DNA of 50,738 nt, taken from the NCBI RefSeq assembly GCF_004010195.1, contig NC_057718.1, forward strand, positions 8,362,191-8,412,928. The letters are read 5' to 3'. The notes beneath the pieces were generated by a model. It was not told where the DNA came from, did not search any database, and saw nothing but the letters and a program-made list of their open reading frames with translations. Origin of the DNA: Chiloscyllium plagiosum (Eukaryota). The translations under genes and the position numbers were made by a program. Positions 23,112 through 35,110 of this stretch are shown here, piece by piece; within the stretch, counting starts at the first letter, position 1; the number at the start of each line of letters is the position of its first letter.

Positions 23112-24391
23112 CAGGTCGTTCTGCTATAATGTACATTTCCCATCCTGCCCCCTGTATCTACTACAAACCAACCGACTCCCACAGCTACCTGGACTACACC
23201 TCCTCCCATCCTGCCCCCTGTAAAAACGCCATCCCATTCTCCCAATTCCTTCGTCTCCGCCGCATCTGCTCCAGGAGGACCAGTTCAAAATACGTACAAC
23301 ACAGATGGCCTCCTTCTTCAAGGACCGCAATTTCCCCCCCCGACGTGGTCGNNNNNNNNNNNNNNNNNNNNNNNNNNNNNNNNNNNNNNNNNNNNNNNNN
23401 NNNNNNNNNNNNNNNNNNNNNNNNNNNNNNNNNNNNNNNNNNNNNNNNNNNNNNNNNNNNNNNNNNNNNNNNNNNNNNNNNNNNNNNNNNNNNNNNCTTT
23501 GGTTGGAGGGTTCCCAGTCGGAAGATAAGACGCTCCTCCTCCGACCGTCGGGTTGTTGTGGTTTGGCGGTGGATGAGTCCAATGACCTGCATATCCTCGG
23601 TGGAGTGGGAGGGGGAGTTGAAATGCTGTGCTACAGGTTGGTTGGGTTGGTTCGTCCGGGTGGCCCAGAGGTGCTCTCTGAATCGCTCCGCAAGTAGGCG
23701 GCCTGTCTCCCCAATATAGAGGAGGCCACACCGGCTGCAGCGGCTGCAGTAGATGATGTGGGTGGAGGTGCAGGTGAATCTGTGGCGGATATGGAAGTTT
23801 GCTCTGGGGTTTGGAGAGAAGTGATGGGGGAGGTGTGGGCGCAAGTGTTGCACCTCCTGCGGTTGCAAGGGAAGGTGCCGGGAGTGGAGGTTGGGTCGGT
23901 GGGGGGTGTGGATCTGACAAGGCAGTTGTCTCAGCCGGATCCCTCCAGCCCGGCACCGCTTCCTGACCTGCAGTCTTCTTCTTGACCTCTCTGCCTCCAT
24001 CCTACTCCGACCTATCACCCTCACCTTGACCTCTTTCCACCTATCACATTTCCAACGCCCCTCCTCCAAGTCCCTCCTCCCTACCTTTTATCTTCTCCTG
24101 CTGAACACTCTCTGCTCATTCCTGAAGAAGGGCCTGTGCCCGAAACGTCGAATCTCCTGTTCCCTGGATGCAGACCTCACTTTCTCCTATAATGTACATT
24201 TCCTCAACGCAAATTTGCTGTAATGCCATTGAAGAATTGGGGGCGCTATCGGTAAAGTGTGAACTTGTAAATCATGTGTTGACTGTAATACAAATGCAAC
24301 ATCAACATTTAAGAGGTGTTTCTAAAACACGATTTTTCTATGAAGCGGGTTGCACAAGAGTGCAACCATTGTGTTATAGAAGAACTGACTA
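23112..24391. mobile_element. MITE (same TIR family as 16280) split by a Penelope insertion
   Basis: Left TIR CAGGTCGTTCTGCTATAA at 23112; right TIR GTGTTATAGAAGAACTGAC at ~24371-24389. Confidence 0.7.
23141..24186. mobile_element. 5'-truncated Penelope-like element with internally inverted GIY-YIG segment
   Basis: RT thumb YKPTDSHSYLDYTSSHP..AIPFSQFLRLRRICS on +; GIY-YIG IIYCSRCSRCGLLYIGETGRLLAERFREH on - (23496-23925); 3' tail with hammerhead on +; 17-bp TSD CTATAATGTACATTTCC at 23124-23140 and 24187-24203. Confidence 0.88.
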
Positions 24392-27300
24392 GTTGATATG
24401 AAGTTATTCTTAACTTCAGAATATGGAGACGCAGAGGGTTTGAGGCGTTCCAGTGCATAAGTCATAAGAGGTTAATGTCCAGGTATGGAACATAATCAAG
24501 AAGGATAATAAGATGCTACTCTTTTATCATGACAGGAATTGAACATAAGAGTACGTGACGCTTTAGCTCTACAGGCATTGGCGAGACCACATCTTGAATA
24601 CTGTGCACAATTTTGGTCTCCTTCTTTAGGGAAGGAGTCTGCTTTGGAGACATTTTAGAGGAGGGTTACTAGATTGATATGTAAACTGAGTAGGTTGCCT
24701 TAAGAACGTAAGAGGCACAGGCTGAGCCTATTTTCACTGGAGTTTTGAAGAATGAAGGGTGACTTTGTTGAAGTGTACAAGATCCTGAATGGCCTTGACA
24801 AGATGGACATGGAAAAGATGTTTCTACTTCTGGGTTAGTCCAAAACTAGATGCACAGTTTTAAAATTATGGGTCAGTCTTTTAGAACGGAGGTGAGGAGA
24901 AATTGACTGCTCCCAGAGGATTGTACAAATTTGGAACACACTGTCTCAGAAGGCAGTTGAAGCGAGGTCACTGAATAATTTTAAGGCAGTGATAGGTTCC
25001 TTACCTAACAAGAATCTAAGGTTATCCAGAACAGACAATAAGGTGGAATTCAAAATCTAACAGATCAATCGTAATCTTCTTGAATGGCAGAGCAGCTTCC
25101 AGGAGGTGGGAGGGCTACTTTTGCTCAAAATGTATATATTTGTATGTCATTTTAGCACAATTATTGGCTGATGGTTTGTAAAGTACAGTATGAAAACCAT
25201 CCAGTAAACTTAGGTAGAGTGGGTGTGATTTAAATCACAAAGATTTCAGACAAATTAATTCTACAAAAGTACTATAAATCAACTTCCACTTCACATTCAT
25301 GTTAAAACTGTAGAGGGTGAATGTAGCATTCGACTTTAGCTGAACCTAGATTTATACTCTAATCAAACTTAGTTGCAAAGATATGTCTCACAAGTAAATC
25401 GATGCTATCTCTAAACCAGTCTTTTCCCATCCCCTTTCATATAATTCCATCATATTCTTCTACTGACCCGACCTTTCATGTTTTATTCAACATCTCAAAT
25501 ACACCTGTGCTAGTTACTTTAACCACTCCCTCTGACTGTGAGTATTCTTATTACTCGTGAAACCCCTATCACACACATCAGTAATTCACATATTTATGAC
25601 CTCTAGTTTCAACATTCCAAGTAGAAACATCTGCACTATGCCTATCTTCTTCAAGTCTTTCAGAATTCTAAAATGCTAAAATCTCCATCAGGATTCCCAC
25701 TTGCCAAAGGGAAGGAGTTCCAGCCTGTGCACTTTTTCCTGGCAAACATAACCTGTCCGGTCCCATCTTCATAAGTCATTTCTCAAATACCATCCAGTAG
25801 CTATGTAGCTTTCTCATAATAACCAGAAGTGTTCACAGTATAAACCCAGCTAGAATCAGACTACAATGTTTATTTAGGATAAAAATAGGAAATGCTAGGT
25901 ATACTCATCAGGTATGGCAGCATCTGTGAAGAAAGAAACAGTTAATGTTTCAGGTCAGTGACTGTTTAACTGCAGAGGAGATGCTCAACCTTATAAATAT
26001 TTCCAATATTTTCTGTTTTTACTTCAAATTTCCCACATTCACCATCACTCGCTTTTAGAGTCATACAGCATAGCAAGGGTTTGAGTTACATTCTACTTGG
26101 AGTGTTTGCAAACTAACATAATAGTGTTCCATTATCTAGTTGCAATGATCCTGCAGCCTCAACATTTCACGTACGGTGAGCAAAAGTAAATCATAGAACT
26201 AATTACAATGAACAAATCTAAAACTGATGCTCTGGTGATTAATTGAATACACCTTTCCCAAACCAGCAGAAATTATCAATTGCAACTTATGCGCATGTGT
26301 ACTGACAGAATCTCTAATACCTCTTGTATGCCTGGTATCACAATTGACACTCCATTTGTAATTTTCCTTGTTCCTGTTGCATTTGTCTATCTCATTTATA
26401 GCAGGAAAATCTTCATGAACCAAAAGACAAAACCAAACAAAGAAACCATCCTCTATCATGTTAGTAATCTTGATGACAACTCAAAAACCAAAACTATCAA
26501 ATTTAAACACTGAAATAAACCTGAAAGGTAATTCATAAATATATGGATTCAAGTGAGTTAACACTGCAGAATTTGTCCCCTATACCTCTTTGCTTTAATT
26601 TAATTCTGAGCCAGTTTTCCGTCACCAGTCCAAATACTGCTCATGTATATTGCCAAATTTCATCCAATTATGCTCCTGTAAAATACCTTGGCATGGTCTA
26701 TCATATTAAGTGTTCTGCATGAAATTCAGGTTTCAAATCTACAGCAACACACTCTCAGAGTGAAAACACTATCGTATGTTAAGTATAGCTGGAAGAACCT
26801 GTTATATTGCTAGTTGTGATGCACACCCAAATTGGTTGAGATGGCTTTCTGAAGGGAGAGGAAAATTACAGCGTGCAGCTTTGGTCCACTCAGAACTGGA
26901 CAAGTAAAGCATTATAAACCACCTGCAACAAAGCTACACGTACTCAAAACTACAAAAATCATGTGCTCACATCTCTGAAGTGAGGCTTGAAGTTTCAGTT
27001 GTGTGACTTGGGGTGACAGTGTTACCAACTATTTAAACAGAGAACAATGGATAAACTGGTAATCATCTCATCCATACCTCCTTACAAATCACAAGACAGC
27101 CACACCCAACATCACATCACTGCCTAAAAAGCATTATCGTATCAATCTCAAATTCACAGCTGAGGGCCAATATTATTAGTGAAACTTGGTGTAGTGGATG
27201 TCTGGTGACATTCCCAAAGGAGGAGGAACAACTGTGGAGACTACTAAGTGATAACTATCTCGGTATTAACACACGATCTGCTGTAATTGGGTAACCAACA

Positions 27301-29016
27301 CCATAGAATACAGTTCAGTGACAAACATAACCTAAACTAGAAAGAAAAGCTGTTTATTTGAAGAAACAGCAAAAATTTCACCTTTATTACCTCTGAAATA
27401 AAAATGATTTTCCTATTAGTTTAAAAAAAAAAGGAACTGTATTCTTGCAAAACCTCATTTCCTGTCATAAGGTGTTTATATTATAACCACATCTGACAAC
27501 TATAAAACACTGTAGAAGGTCACCCTCACTGGTGGTCAGAACAGACAAGACTGCAAACTGTTGAATCTACATAATAGAGATGGGCAATAACTACCACGGA
27601 TCAAAGGACATACCATACTGTCATTACAACTCAATACACTGCAAATCTCAATTAAACACATGATCATGTAATGAAATAACAGACTAGAGAAATATTGGGG
27701 AGACCGAGTGTATACCCATTAAAACAAACGCCAGGGTTCATGGAAAAAAAATTTAAACTAATAATTGAGAGTTTCTGATTAAGTGAATAAAAAAGTAGAC
27801 ATCCAGAAAACGGAGAAAATCCAACTGCTTTACAATGCACCAAAAAGCAATGGTATTTACGTAAGACTTTTCCTGTCCACTGGATGCTGCAATGTAAGAA
27901 ATAAAAGCACACAATTATTTGCCACTCTCAGAAATATGACAATTATTAGATATTCTTTTCAATATTACTTTTGGTGGCGATGTAATATTGGTCAGAACAC
28001 AAGGAATAACTACCCTGTTCCTCTCTGATATTAAAGTCACATAGTTTAATATCTCAGCCAGCAGACAGCACTTGTGAAAAAATGCAGAACTCCCTCAGGG
28101 TAACGCAAGACTGTGAAGCAAAATTCCTGAGCTTGAGTCTCGAGAACTGAACCTAAAATCATCTAACTCAAAAGTGAGGATGCAAACGGCCAAGCCCTGG
28201 CTGAACATTAATGAACATCATAACTGTCATATAAACATATACATTGATACATAAAGAAACAGTGATAGCCACAGGGGGAGGGATAGAGAATAAGATGACA
28301 TAGAAGAGCGAGAAAAGAGAAAACTGTAACTCCAAAGCTATCACCGGAACATGTCACAATAATAAAACAAAGGATGATGAATACAAAATCATAAATTGCT
28401 GGAAACACTGGCAGCAATTTTACAGAAATTTCTGATTTCCAACATCCACACTTCTTTGAGTTGTTTTGTTTAAAGGCCTATAGATTTCGAGTCAAGTGAT
28501 CCTTGTTATGAAGGAGGGTCACTGAAACTGAAACATTAACTCTGCTTTTTCCCCACAGATGCTGCCAGGCCTGCGGGTTTCTCTAGTAATGCCTGTTTTT
28601 ATTTGAAAAGTATCAGACGTCCAGAGGCCAGGTGCGGGACCAGAACTCAAGAGGCTGGAGGATTAGGGATCTGGTCACACGTTCCAAAGCGAGGATAGAA
28701 ACACCCAGGGCCAGATGCAGGTCCCAGGGGGCGAGCGCTGAACAAGGGCCACAGCCTGGGGACAAGAGCAATTATGGGCAATTGTGGTGGAGTGGTAGTG
28801 TCCCTACCTCTGAGCCAGAATATCTGAGGGTTCAAGTGTTGTAGGTGCGTGTCCATGCCTGGATATGATGAATAGAATAGCTTGAGAGGCCAAGGCCAGT
28901 GATGACCCAGGGCAAAGGCCCATAGTCTGTGGCCAAATGACCAGGTCCTCAGGGCTAGAGCCAGGTGACAGGGCCCAGGGTCCGAGGGCAGGGCCCAGGG
29001 CAGCTCCCAGCCCCAG

Positions 29017-29152
29017 CCCCACAGTACCCCATCCCCAATCCCCATAGTACCCCATCCCCCATCCCCACAGTACCCCATCCCCCATCCCCACAGTACCCCA
29101 TCCCCCATCCCCATAGTACCCCATCCCCCATCCCCATAGTACCCCATCCCCC
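29017..29152. repeat. 23-bp minisatellite x6 in VTA1 intron 1
   Basis: CCCCA(C/T)AGTACCCCATCCCCCAT tandem units; G-run rich on the transcribed (minus) strand. Confidence 0.9.
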
Positions 29153-29177
29153 GCTGTGTGATTATTCACAAACTTAC

Positions 29178-29295
29178 AGAAATAAGCCACCACCGGATCG
29201 CGCTTGTCATGTTCCTGGGCGGTGCGCAGGTAGTGCTGGATCGGTCTGAATTGCTGAGGCGCCGGGGGAAGCACAGGGAGCAGATCAGACGCCAT
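29178..29295 (-). CDS. VTA1: VTA1 (Vps4 cofactor / LIP5) first coding exon
   Basis: MASDLLPVLPPAPQQFRPIQHYLRTAQEHDKRDPVVAYF(C) matches the conserved VTA1 N-terminus (IQHHLRTAQEHDKRDPVVAYYC); 118 nt, phase-1 GTAAGT donor at 29177-29172; CpG-rich context. Confidence 0.95.
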
Positions 29296-29660
29296 CGACT
29301 CCGTTACCAGGGCTCTGAACCCTCCCAGCAACCGCTTCCGGGAGCAGGTGGCATACCTCCCGACGCAGCGCCGCCGACTGGCCGGAGGACCTGTCTACAT
29401 CCTCCGGGCACAGCGCCACTAGCAGACTGGAGGACTCAACCACACCCTGTTGATGACACGGTGCCGCCGCCCGTCCGGCGGCCCCAGGCAACACACTGCG
29501 GCCACAGCGCCTCTTGCTGATCGGAGGACCCAACTACATTCTAGCGTTACAACGCCGCCGCCCGGCCGGAGAACCGAACCACACCGCCCTGACACAGTGC
29601 CGCCGCCCGGCCGGAGGACCCGGCAACATAAAGCACTGCGCCTCCTCCAGGCAACAACCT
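29296..29660 (-). promoter_or_regulatory. VTA1 CpG-rich 5'UTR/promoter with ~46-bp degenerate tandem repeat
   Basis: ETS-type CCGGAAG on minus at ~29335-29341; six to seven units CAGYGCCGCCGCCCGGCCGGAGGACC..ACA at 29364-29660. Confidence 0.7.
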
Positions 29661-30308
29661 GCAACTGAAATGAAAGTTCAGGAACAAACAAGTGATAAAA
29701 TGGATTGGATAGAATTAGAATTCAGAGATTGGTTTGACAAGCTTGAATTTCAATACTTGCTTTATTGGTCAAAATATTATCAGTTAAACATAACCAGAAA
29801 TAATAAAATTTCACATTTATATCTCACTATTAAACTAGTAACATAACCAAAGGTATTTCATGGGTGACTTACAGAGGGACTTATTGAGTTGAAGGTCAAT
29901 GCTGTGGGAGACACAGCTTCCAATGAAAAAGTGTTTAAACTTGGACATTCTCAAGAAATCAGATTTGGAGGAGTCTGCAGTGCAATGAAAAATCATGACA
30001 ATACAATTGACTGAATCACATTGTCTTCCATGGGAGAGAAGACACCAGTCGATGTGAAGCAAGACACTAACGAGAGAAACTGTAAGACTGAGAATAAGTC
30101 ATGAAATAATGAAGGCAGAACATTAATCACGGGGGTTCTTTAATCTTCACAGACATTGGAAAAGTCAAATTGGCAAAGGTAGCCACAAGGAAGAATTCCT
30201 GGAGTGGTTTCCTACAGACAGGTTCATTTTTAATCCATTCATGGGAAGTGGTCATTGTTGACTGGACCAACAATGATTGCACACCTTTAATTGCCCAGTT
30301 AAGACTCA

Positions 30309-30870
30309 GAGCAAAAATTGTAATGCTGGAAAAGCACAGCCAGTCAGGCAGCATCCAAAGACCAAGAGGATCAATGTTTCGAGCATAAGCTCTTCATCAG
30401 AATATAGGGTGGAGGGCAAGGGGACTGAGAAGTAAATGAGGGGGGTTGGGATTGGGGGTAAGGTATGGGAATGCAACAGGTAGATGGAGGTGGTTGGTGT
30501 TGGAGTGGGCAGAGTGGAGAGTGGAGTGAATATCCCATATCCAAACCTCCAACTCAGCACCAACCTCTTGACCTGTCCTCCCTGTCCATCTTCCTTCCCA
30601 CCTATCCGCTTCACCCTCCCCTCTGACCTATCACCATCACCTCCACCTCCATCTATCTATTGCAATCCCAGCTACCTTTCCCCCAGTCCCAATTCCCACA
30701 ACCCCACACATCACTCAGCTCCCTTGGGGCCCCCCTCAAATTCCTGATGATGAGTTAAACTAAAAACATCAACTCTCCTGCTTCTCAGATGCTGCCTAAC
30801 TGGCTGTGCTTTTCCAGCACCATACTTTTTGACTGTGATCTCCAGCATGTGCAGTCCTCACTTTCTCCTA
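30309..30870. mobile_element. Older inverted Penelope-tail insertion
   Basis: Left arm (minus tail) and right arm (plus tail ending CTCACTTTCTC); TSD-like CAGTTAAGA(C/G)TCA at ~30296 and ~30874. Confidence 0.7.
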
Positions 30871-31214
30871 GGCAGTTAAGAGTCAACCACATTGCTGTGG
30901 CTCTGAGGTCACATGGATGCCAGACAGAGCAATTAAGAATGATAGCTTCCCTCCCTCAGGGGCATTAGCCAATCAGATAGGCTTTTTGTGACAATCATTC
31001 CAGATTTTTATTGAATTCAAGATCTACCATAGCAGGATTTAAACCTGCGTTTCTGGATTAGCAGTATAGTAACAATTGCACAAATCTTTTGCCTTTCCCA
31101 TGTTCCCAAACACACTATGTTATGAAGCCAGCAATTTGGATCGAATGACATGTAATGAGGCAGGTTACATAAATGATTACGTAGAGGAAAAGATCCCATA
31201 AGGAACACCAACCA

Positions 31215-32450
31215 TCAGATGGCAAAATTCAGCATTCAGTTTGTGAAAGGGGAACTAGAGTTTGAAATATCTCTGCTGAACATAAGAAAGGAATTATTAC
31301 AAAGGAATGAAAATGGTTGGTTGGAGGAGACTGGGGCAGGAGTTTAGGAGAAAGGATAGTTGATGAACAATGGCAGATGTGTGATAAAAAGCTAATGAAT
31401 CGCAGCAAAGATGTCTATCTCAGCAAGAAAGAAGGATTTCAGGAAGGCGATAAACCAACCGTAGTTAATCAAGGAGGTCAAGGATGCAGTCAAACTGAAA
31501 GAAAAAAACTATAATGTGGCAAAAGTGAATGGTAAGCTAAAGCATTGGGCAAGTTTTAAAAACCAACAAAAGATAACTGAAAAAAACCTGAATATTAACA
31601 ATAAAGGGAAACTTACAAGTAATATCAAAATGGACAGTAAGAGCTTCTTTAAATATATAAAAAAGAAGAGAAAGGTCAAAACATAAGTTGACTTTCATAG
31701 AGAATGAGGATAGAGAAATAATAATGGGGAACTAAGAAATGGAAGAGAAGTTAAATAAATACTTTGCGTTGGTCTTCACGTTATAAGACTTTAATAACAT
31801 TCAGAATTACTAAATGAAGAGATAAATACAATAACTATCGCTAAAGAAAATATACAAGGAGAATGAATGGAGCTAAAATTGCTATATCCCACTACCTGAT
31901 GATGTGCATCAAAGGGTATTAAAGGAAGTAAATACCGAGATAATGGATGCACTCTTTTAGGAATTCCTAGATTCTGAAAAAGTCCCAGAGGATTGGAAAT
32001 TGGCAATGTAACACCCTTATTCAAAATGGAGGAAGAAAAAAAGTTATTAAAAGACAGTCAGCATAACAACTATAATTGGGCAAAATGTTGGAATCTTTTA
32101 GAAAGGATTACATAACAGAACATTTAGAAATACCTAAATAATTGAGCAGAATCAGCATGGCTTCATAATGGGGAAACGGTGCTTGACAAGTTGAATGGAA
32201 TTATTTAAGGAAATGGTAATCTGGATAGATAACGGAGAATCAGTGGACATAATATATTTAGATTTCTAAAAGGAATTCAATAAGGTATCACACATTAGGT
32301 AACTTAGTAAGACAAGAGTCCATGGTGTTGGGATTATTATGTAAGAGTATGTAAGGAAGAGTGACTAGCTAATAGAGAACAGGGAGTTGGGATAAAGGGA
32401 GCATTTTCAGGATGGCAACCTGTAACTAGCGGATCAGTGCTGGCATATGG
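31215..32450 (+). mobile_element. CR1 LINE fragment (pre-RT linker and RT N-terminus)
   Basis: LNKYFALVFT, VPEDWKLANVTPLFK, QHGF..GKRCLT, IYLDF.K.FNKV; many stops. Confidence 0.8.
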
Positions 32451-32494
32451 ATTCTGAAGAAGCCTTATTGAACTCAAAATGTTAATATTGTTTC

Positions 32495-33003
32495 ATAGAA
32501 TCCCTACAGTGTGGAAACAGGCCCTTCGGCCCAACAAGGTAAAAACAATGACTGCAGGTGCTGGAAACCAGATTTTGGATTAGTGGTCCTGGAAGACCAC
32601 AGCAGTTCAGGCAGCATCCAAGGAGCAGCAAAATCGACGTTTCGGGCAAAAGCCCTTCATCAGGAATAAAGGCAGAGAGCGTGAGACCCAACAAGTCTGC
32701 ACCGACCCTCTGAACAGTAACCCACCCAGACCCGTTCCCTTACCCTATTATCCTACACATCCCTGAACACTATGGGCACCTAACCTACACATCCCTGAAT
32801 ACAATGGGCAATTTAGTGTGGCCAATTCACCTAACCTGCACATTTTTGGATTGCAGGAAGAAATTGGAGCACCCGTAGGAAACCCACACAGACATGGGGA
32901 GAATGTGCAAACTCCACACAGACGGTTGCCCGAGGCTGGAATTGGGCCTGGTTCCTTGACGCTTTGAGGCAGCAGTGTTAACCACTGAGCAACAGTGCCA
33001 CCA
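32495..33003 (-). mobile_element. HE1-type SINE interrupted by a Penelope-tail insertion (32539-32687)
   Basis: SINE body on minus; CCCAACAAG duplicated around the insert; hammerhead core at 32636-32663 (-). Confidence 0.8.
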
Positions 33004-33261
33004 TTTCGCTCTAAAAAAGTTACTGTCTGACCTGCTGAGTTTCTCTTACACTTCCTTTTTTTACCTCAATGAGTACGTGGCAGTATTGGCTTCAAGCACA
33101 AGATGATACAAAGTGCAGCAATGCCAGAGATCAAAATTATGGGCTTCCTTTTACTAAATGAAAACCATGGAATTCTTGTGCCTTGGAAGTCAAAAAATAA
33201 GGAGTGTGGGTCAAATAGAAACTCTACCATCTCAGGTAGACAGGATATAGGAATTTGGCTA

Positions 33262-35110
33262 CTTGAATTGAATTGAATTGAATTGAATTGAATTGAACTG
33301 ATCTGGATGTAGGTTTACTCACTGAGCTAGAAGTTGGAAGCTGAATTGAATCAAATTGAATTTATTGTCACGTGTACCGAGGCACAGTGAAAAGCTTTGT
33401 CTTATGAGCAACACAGGCAGATCACAGAGTTAAGTAGCATAGACAGTAAATAATAGGTAAACAGCAGCAAGTTAAGTAGCATAGACAGTAAATAATAGGT
33501 AAACAGCAGCAAAAACAAAAAACACAGGTACAGAGGAATGTTAAGAGTTTGTGAGTCCATTCAGTATTTTGACAACAGCAGGGTAGAAACTATTTTGAAA
33601 CCGGCTGGTGCATGTGTTCAGGCTTCTGTACCTTCCCCCCAATGGTAGAGGTTGTAGAAAAACATTGAGAATGCTGGTGGCCTTTTCTTTTTAGCGGCCC
33701 TGGTGGATGGATTCTATAGATGGGAGGTTGGCCTTTGTGATTGTCCGGGCCGAGTTCACCACTCTCTGTAACCATCTCTGATCTTGATTGGTACAGTTGC
33801 CGTACCAGGTAGTGATACATCCAGACAGAATGGTCTCAATGGCGCACCTATAAAAGTTGGCAAGGGTATTCGCCGTCATGCCAAATTTCCTCAGCTGCCT
33901 GAGGAAGAAGAGCCGTTATTGGGCCTTTGTAACCAGTGCATCCACATGAAGAGTCCAAGAAAGCTTGTTGTGGATGACCACTCCCAGGAGCATTACACTC
34001 TCCACTCGTTCCACCCATGTGCTGTTAATGTGTAGGGGGGCATGAGTAACATCCCGCCGAAAGTCAATAATGAGTTCCTTGGTTTTGCTGGCATTGAGAG
34101 CTTGGTTCTCAGTGAACCATTTTTCCAGGTCTTCCACCTCCCGTCTGCAGTCTGTTTCATTGCCATCTGAGATTTGACTGACTATGGTGTTGTCATCAGC
34201 AAACCTGTAAATGGCATTAGATGTGGAAATGTGTTGCTGGAAAAGCGCAGCAGGTCAGGCAGCATCTAGGGAACAGTAGAATCGACGTTTCGGGCATTAG
34301 CCCTTCTTCAGGAATGAGGAAAGTTGGTCCAGCAGGCTAAGATAAAAGATAGGGAGGAGGGACTTGGGGGAGGGGCGTCGGAAATGTGATAGGTGGAAAG
34401 AGGTCAAGGTGAGGGTGATAGGTCAGACGGGGGTGGGGGCGGAGAGGTCGGGAACTTATTTCAAGAAGTCCAACCTCGTGAACTGCCCCTTTTTTATCGA
34501 AAGGCTGATAGTGTGACCTGGCACGTGAAAGCAAACAACCTAGGCTGAATGGCTGCTTGAAGCAAGGCCCTCTCCGCCCCCACCCCAGTCTGACCTATCA
34601 CCCTCACCTTGACCTCTTTCCACCTATCACATTTCCGACGCCCCTCCCCCAAGTCCCTCCTCCCTATCTTTTATCTTAGCCTGCTGGACCAACTTTCCTC
34701 ATTCCTGAAGAAGGGCTAATGCCCGAAACATCGATTCTACTGTTCCCTAGATGCTGCCTGACCTGCTGCGCTTTTCCAGCAACACATTTCCATCTCTGAT
34801 CTCCAGCATCTGCAGACCTCACTTTCTCCTGTAAATGACATTAGTCTGGTATTTGGTGTCGCAGTCATGGGTATACAGTGAGTACAGTAGGGGGCTGAGT
34901 ACACACCCCGGGGGAGGGCTCCAGTGTTGAGTGTTAGTGAGGATGAAATATTGTCCCCAGTCTTCACTGATTGTGATGTGTGGGTCAGGAAACTGAGGAT
35001 CCAGTTGCAGAGAGTGGGGCTCAGTCCGAGATCACTAAGTTTAGTAATCAGTCTCGAGGGGTTAATAGTGTTGAAGGCTGAACTATAGTCAATAAGTAGG
35101 ATTCTTATGT
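33262..35110 (-). mobile_element. Rex1/Babar-type LINE 3' half with (TTCAA)n tail
   Basis: [65 protein letters not shown] plus (TTCAA)n tail at 33262-33366; 42-bp tandem duplication at 33428-33511. Confidence 0.8.
34221..34828. mobile_element. Young hairpin Penelope-tail insertion, ~225-bp near-perfect arms, 17-bp TSD
   Basis: Arms ~34225-34447 and ~34570-34792 are almost exact reverse complements; TSD CCTGTAAATG(G/A)CATTAG at 34204-34220 and 34828-34844; hammerhead cores at 34284-34311 (-) and 34705-34732 (+). Confidence 0.88.

Larger units (their letters stand above)
22470..25130 (+). mobile_element. Old CR1 LINE (RT to 3' UTR) interrupted by a MITE and a Penelope element
   Basis: HLENKIIWKNQHALLKG..FQKVFEKVPH at 22665-22895; resumes at ~24400 with QR.LG.V and RPHLEYCAQFWSP; CR1 3' UTR at ~25050-25130. 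Confidence 0.8.

Noticed and set aside
28804..29331. 175-aa ORF as a full protein
   Set aside because: Only 29295-29178 matches VTA1; the rest is read-through past the GTAAGT donor into the intronic minisatellite.
29364..29660. CRISPR-like repeat/spacer appearance
   Set aside because: Units are degenerate along their whole length, variable parts are short, there are no cas genes, and the context is a vertebrate promoter.
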